Shown: in pieces, positions 58,733 to 64,000 of the stretch
Numbering within the stretch: position 1 is the first letter of the stretch
Layout: each line of letters begins with the position of its first letter
DNA from: Mayamaea pseudoterrestris
Lineage: Eukaryota
NCBI GenBank assembly: GCA_027923505.1
Contig: BROI01000016.1
Coordinates: 1-64,000, forward strand
Direction: 5' to 3'
DNA length: 64,000 nucleotides
The notes under the pieces: model-generated
What the model was told of the DNA's origin: nothing
The model's input: only the letters and a program-made list of their open reading frames with translations
The model's database searches: none
Program-made: the position numbers and the translations under genes

Positions 58733-60809
58733 TATCGCAATCCTTGGTCCCTTGTTAATTGACAAGCTCGATGCTGCGTGCTGCGCGTTTCCCTTCCCTC
58801 GATTCCACTTCCAACAACTGTTGTAATACCAAGCACGCCTAGAGAATTCTGCAAGCTTATTGAGTATCACGTAAAGTTGATCGAGTGGGATCAAACAATG
58901 TCGTTGCTCGCTTGTCTAAAGTTGTCGTCCCAAGCAAGAAAATTTTTTTGGGAGGGACCGGAACGGTCCCCCGGGGGACCGCAGGTCCCTCGAAGCGCGC
59001 GAGCGGGCGCCCGCTGACTCGGGAGATGGTGCGACGTGCGTGCATGAACAGCCATCCACACAAATCGTGTCATGTGCCGAAATCAACCAGCAAACAGGAA
59101 ACCAGCATCAGCAACAGCATCGAACGTTCGACAACAAACACAACAAGCAAAAGGAGAATAGAAAACGGCGACAACAACCTACGCACCTCCATGGCAATAC
59201 ATAGTGTGACGCACCTCAGCGCAGCAAATAACATGAATGGCGCGCCTCAGCATCGACGCCCGCAGCGGCCAGCGGTAGTCGAACGTCGAACATCACAGAC
59301 ATGCAGTCGAACCATGGAGAAGCGACAGACAAAGGCAGTTTCATTTGATCATACATAATGACAACAAGTTACAACTTTAATCAAGGAGAGTTGTGTCAAT
59401 GTGCCAAAATCAACTCGCAGCAGCAGCATCAAACGTTCGTCAAAACCAACACGCAAAAACGGCAAGCTCCTCCAAGCAGCCCCATCTTGTTGTTGCTAAC
59501 ATTGTCATTTGTTCTTTAAATCTTTAAAAAGCCGCCTCCAATGCTGCTATTGACAAGGAAATAAATGTGAGTGCAATTCACCATGGCCGCCGTCATGGAG
59601 CAGACACGCCTGCCGCAGCGCCGCAGTCCTTCCAGTTGTCAGAGTCATTCTCCCTACGGCCTCCTTCCTTGCCCGTTACATTGAGACAAATGATGATTCT
59701 TTGAATGGTGCATCAAACTCACTCTGACTGCTGATCCTCCTTTAAGTACTTGATTGGATTGACCGACATGCCCTCCGAGAACATTCCCATCCTTGTCGCT
59801 GCTCTGATTTAAGGCCCACACGGTGCATTCAGGGCCATTGTCTGCGCCCAGCGGTACCTTGCCATTGCGGGCTATACCACCCGCTGGATTACTTGATTCA
59901 CCGGTTTTGGTTTGGAGGTTTTCCGAGGCCCGGCAGGCGTCGAATTGACGGTGGCAGATTTCAGCCTCACTGTCAGTCAATTGGAGGCCACTTCACCAAT
60001 GTGCCAGTGACATTGGCGTGAACAATTAAAAGATTGCAAGCTTTGCGAGGGAGTTTCAAAGTGAGTGCAAGTGTGCACCTCTAGAATTGAGCACACTACC
60101 TTGCGCGCATTGGCTGACACAAAGTGGCAAGCTGCAAAGCAAACGGATGCGAATAGCAAGGTTCCTTTCAAGTCATTGAAGAATTCTATTGGGATCATAT
60201 ATTCCCAGTTTAGCAACCTACAAGAGTTCAAGTGGACTATTTAATGCTTTTATGGCCAGTAAGAGTAATAGTTAACACTATATTTACGTCCAAAGTACTT
60301 GTCACTTTTCTCTCGCGTCGGGACGCGCATCTTTCGTTCTCGCTTCGGTCAATACCGCAAAGACGGTTTGGTGTCGTACCGGTGTGGTCCCTCGTCGGTC
60401 CCTCGCATGTCTTCTATGCTAGAAAATCATCCTACCAGGTCACATACATGATGTTTCAAGCAAGACCAACATGGCACTCCAAGTTCGTAGAGGCTTATAT
60501 ATGTTTTTACTCAAGAACTCTTTGGAACATGTGGAAACGGCCATAAATGACCCACATGATAACTCGTTGGGCCGAATGTTCAATATCATACGAGTAGCGG
60601 GCATGCGGAGCAAACTTTAAATTCGGTAGCTAGGCAACCAGACCAGCGTCAATTTGGCTATTATATTTGATAGTTGCAAAAATGATGGTGGCGACAGCTG
60701 CAAACTTTGAAAATTGTGCTATACGATTGGAAAGTGACCTGCTTGCATCGAGACTCTCAAGGGAGAACTACAAAGCCGGCCTTCATTAGCAAACGCCAGA
60801 CGCTGTCAC

Positions 60810-62399
60810 TTAGGCTCCACTCCGCTTGGCCATGGCTTGCCGTTGCTTGTCTTTTCGCTTGGCCATTTGATTCTCCTTTCGTCGCTTGCTAAATGTCTTG
60901 CTGTCTCCTTCTGTAGTCGCAGGTTGATCAGCGCTGCTGCCCTGGCCACTTGTTGTTGCTTCCGATGCAGACTGCGGAGGCTGTGGACCTCCTCGACCAG
61001 CTGCCATCCCTCTACCTCGTCCGCCACCGCCGCCTCGACCAGGCACTCGCCCGCCGCGGAGCTTGTCGGGTCCACGAAACGTTTTCGAATCACTTCCAGC
61101 AATATCGTTCCCGTTTCCAGTGGCACGAATGTTTGTATTGGCCGTTTCTTGCCAAAACTGTTGATCAGCTTCAACTTGCTTCAACGCCTTGTTGTAAAGC
61201 AGTACACTTTCATAGTCCGTGGCAGTACTCTTGCCGCCACTTCTCTTGCTAGTCTCAGCTTCATCATTGTCATACAGTCCAACATTTGGCGCGTCATACT
61301 CGTGATCATTGTCCCACTGATCGTCATAGTCGTCATTGTACAAGTCATTGTCAGCCTGCATGACAGTTTCAAGCGCCAATTGCTCGCGCATTGCCTGCGC
61401 CTCCGCCTCCTGCAGCATCTCCTTGGTTTTCAATACGGCGTTGGCGCGCATGGTTTCATCGTTGCGACTGGCGCTGCGGATGCGGGGAAGGTTGCGATCC
61501 AAGTGCTGCAGCGTGGCTGGTAAAGTGGAGCCGTCATCGAGTAGGGTTGCTACGGTGCGTTCCACGTCGCCCTGTGTGACGCTCAAAACGGCTTCCACAA
61601 AGCCTTCCCCCAAATCGGGTAGGACTTGCCGCACCAAGTCAATGCGTCTCTGCATTTCAGCTTCTGCTGCTGCTGTAGACGTTGCTATTGATGCTGGTTG
61701 TTTTCGCGTTTTCGTTTCTACAACTGGTTGAATAGGTGCCAGCAACTGTTGTTTGATTGGCGCGACAGGAAACAGCAATACACGCAAGTAGTCTTGCCGC
61801 GCCGCATCATCACAAAAGACTTGCAACACTGACTGCTTCCATTCCAAAGGCTGAACCGCGACAAAGTCGTTCCAGCGAGCTTCGTGTTGTTGTTGAAGTG
61901 ACTGAATCGATTCCATCATGACATCGGCAGACATGTTTAGCAGAATTAAAGCCAAGAGCTTTTGAGCAATAGCTGCTGTTGCCTGACTTGTTTCATTTTG
62001 AGTCAATAAATGAGACGAACTTAAAGTAGCCTTTGTTGAGCTTGCCATTGATTTTGCGGCCTTGGAAGAATTGGCTGCGAGTTGCTCCACGGCTTGGATT
62101 GCGTCAAGGATTGCTTCGTCTTCCTCTAGCGTCACCAAGACATGCTCAAGTCCCAGGCATAAATCGTGAAACATTTCATGGCAGTATTCTATTGACAATG
62201 TTTCCATGAGCCGCTGATAAGCGTGCTGGAGTTTTGTATAAACGGCTTGATCGCTGCTCGTGACGTCGCTGCATAAGCTTGCCATGATGCGACCCAATTG
62301 AAACAAGTCCAAGGCATCAATCATAACATCATTATCACTTTTTGCTGCCTCCAGCTTGTCAAGCAGTTGTTGCGCAGTTATTGTTAACTGAGTATGCAT
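60810..62399 (-). CDS. ASCC2: CUE-domain protein, ASCC2/Cue3-like
   Basis: IDLVRQVLPDLGEGFVEAVL...DVERTVATLLD, YNDDYDD, RGG tract and a basic C-terminus. Start uncertain (62399 or 62489). Confidence 0.78.
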   Translation of the reverse strand: MHTQLTITAQQLLDKLEAAKSDNDVMIDALDLFQLGRIMASLCSDVTSSDQAVYTKLQHAYQRLMETLSIEYCHEMFHDLCLGLEHVLVTLEEDEAILDAIQAVEQLAANSSKAAKSMASSTKATLSSSHLLTQNETSQATAAIAQKLLALILLNMSADVMMESIQSLQQQHEARWNDFVAVQPLEWKQSVLQVFCDDAARQDYLRVLLFPVAPIKQQLLAPIQPVVETKTRKQPASIATSTAAAEAEMQRRIDLVRQVLPDLGEGFVEAVLSVTQGDVERTVATLLDDGSTLPATLQHLDRNLPRIRSASRNDETMRANAVLKTKEMLQEAEAQAMREQLALETVMQADNDLYNDDYDDQWDNDHEYDAPNVGLYDNDEAETSKRSGGKSTATDYESVLLYNKALKQVEADQQFWQETANTNIRATGNGNDIAGSDSKTFRGPDKLRGGRVPGRGGGGGRGRGMAAGRGGPQPPQSASEATTSGQGSSADQPATTEGDSKTFSKRRKENQMAKRKDKQRQAMAKRSGA

Positions 62400-62537
62400 A
62401 TTGTTGTTGTATTGTATAATTATCCATCGACGTGCTTTTGTGGTTGATCCATGGGACGACGATTTACGATGAGACATAGTTTTCATCATCGCTTAAAAAG
62501 CGCGGTCGCCGCGCGCCCGTCTCAAAAAGGTTTCACC

Positions 62538-63302
62538 ATGACCACCACCAAGAAACGAAAGGCATCCAACGTTACCAAAAGGAGCAAGGATGCGACTGCA
62601 TCAAGTGACTGGCTGAATGCGCTTGTCAAGCAGACTTCTTCAGAAGATCCAGAAAACAATGTCTCATCAAAGCAAGAGCGCATCGACAAACGACTAGCAA
62701 AGAAGCAGCGCCAGCAGGAGAGACGTCAGGCGACCACTGCCATTCATAACACGTCTACTAGCGCTATTACGGAACCCGCAAAAACTAATTCGAATAAGAC
62801 AAAGGCATCAAAGACGCAGTCATTTGACTCTGACCCGACGAGAAAAGGTCTCGTCCGAGTAGCCGGCAAGGTTCATTCCGCCATTGTCAAAAGCAGCGAG
62901 CCGCAGCATGCACCATCGTCTACCAATATGTCTCGCCGACCTCGTCTCTACCAACCAGATACTAGTGCAACGACGACAAACTTTAAAAAGCGCCAATGGG
63001 AAGTATCCAGTATTCAGCCGCGTCGCAACGACTACGGTGGCATTGGACTCGCCCGAGATAGCTTGTACTTGGAACTGAGCGACCCTAGCTTTGGCGCCAA
63101 GCTCCAGCAGGAATTTGCGGAACATGTGTCTGGCTTCTTTGGCAAGCAGCGCACCAAGGCAATGAAGAAGCAGCTGAACAGCAACATGCTGTGGAAGCAA
63201 ATGGCGACGAAAAAGGATTTGCGGATTGATGGAAAACGATTGGGTGACATGAAACCAGATGATCAAGTCGAGGCATTAATCAAGGCTGGTGTAATAATGT
63301 AA
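62538..63302 (+). CDS. Basic hypothetical (probably nuclear/nucleolar) protein
   Basis: Lys/Arg-rich ORF with an ordered-looking C-terminal block QPRRNDYGGIGLAR...FAEHVSGFFGK. Confidence 0.72.
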   Translation: MTTTKKRKASNVTKRSKDATASSDWLNALVKQTSSEDPENNVSSKQERIDKRLAKKQRQQERRQATTAIHNTSTSAITEPAKTNSNKTKASKTQSFDSDPTRKGLVRVAGKVHSAIVKSSEPQHAPSSTNMSRRPRLYQPDTSATTTNFKKRQWEVSSIQPRRNDYGGIGLARDSLYLELSDPSFGAKLQQEFAEHVSGFFGKQRTKAMKKQLNSNMLWKQMATKKDLRIDGKRLGDMKPDDQVEALIKAGVIM

Positions 63303-64000
63303 TAGTGCGCAGTCAAGGTTTTGTAGTTACCAAGTATGTTTGTTTGCCAGTTTTTCAGTCGGCGAATACTGCAACTGTTACATTAGTGGAACCAGATGCA
63401 CAGCAAAGATTCATCTTTCTCAAACATTAAAGAGGTGTCTCTGCCATTGCCGGCCAAACAAGAAATCGCCCTCGCTGACTCGTGTTGTTGCATTCAATGA
63501 GCAAGTCTTCCGCCTCAACACCAATGGATCCTCCTTTGCTGTCCGTCTGTGAACCGTCGTCACTCAAGTGACTCATTTGCGGCGGACACTGATCCGTTGT
63601 ATCTTTGGCCATCTTGAAAATACTTTCGAAAAGCTGAATTGGATGGCAAACAGCCTTGACCGCATTGTCGTCACTGCACGGCATCTTGGCCAAATGCAAA
63701 GGCGGTGCCGAATCGGAGAAACATTTTGTTGCCATCGATGATGCCGGATCGCGTTTATTTCAAAAGTCCAAACTCCGATTCGTGAAACGAAGGGCTTCGC
63801 GTGTACGTCGCTGGTGGATCAGAGGACGGATGTAACACTGAGGGATCCATCAAGTCGGTCAAGTCACTTTCGACGCAAGTCAAACTGACACCAACGTCCC
63901 TTCCGACTACAACTACTGGCAATTGGGGAGCCACCATTACTCTAAACAAGAAATGTCTTCTTCCTCTTCACTGTTACAACAAGTCTATACTGCTCGGTGC

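Noticed and set aside
59977..60231. C...C...HTC spacing suggesting a MULE transposase zinc finger
   Set aside because: The match is too weak, with no DDE domain or defined TIRs.
63427..64000. Minus-strand ORFs at the right edge
   Set aside because: They are short and stop-interrupted with no motifs, and cannot be resolved without the next window.

Overview
Eukaryotic, gene-dense DNA with short GT-AG introns. It is most likely a (pennate) diatom, judging from the CoDi-like Ty1/Copia element, the helicase-associated-domain gene, signal-peptide+Phe bipartite plastid presequences and RxL-type propeptides. The left end holds the 5' part of a Copia LTR retrotransposon inserted into a host gene. 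Housekeeping genes include PRP4 kinase, NDUFS6, RPL37A, SNF8/VPS22, HEATR3/Syo1, aspartate aminotransferase, a GT31 galactosyltransferase and ASCC2/Cue3. There are four sets of local paralogues: two giant secreted mucin-like proteins with an unnamed Cys-rich domain, three claudin-like tetraspan proteins, two Tudor-CXXC-MBD-like-SET-like chromatin proteins and two plastid-targeted unknown proteins. Best leads: (1) the Copia primer site has no tRNA match but is a perfect 15-nt complement of its own LTR, a self-priming signature; (2) the tandem Tudor/CXXC/MBD/SET-like genes with an exon-duplicated CXXC-MBD module; (3) the mucin pair beside a sulfotransferase-GT2-GT2 fusion; (4) a V-ATPase c paralogue lacking the proton-carrying Glu; (5) a TPP1/Est3-like OB-fold protein; (6) a recurrent intergenic TACCGGTA palindrome. 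All domain calls are by-eye motif recognition and no searches were run.
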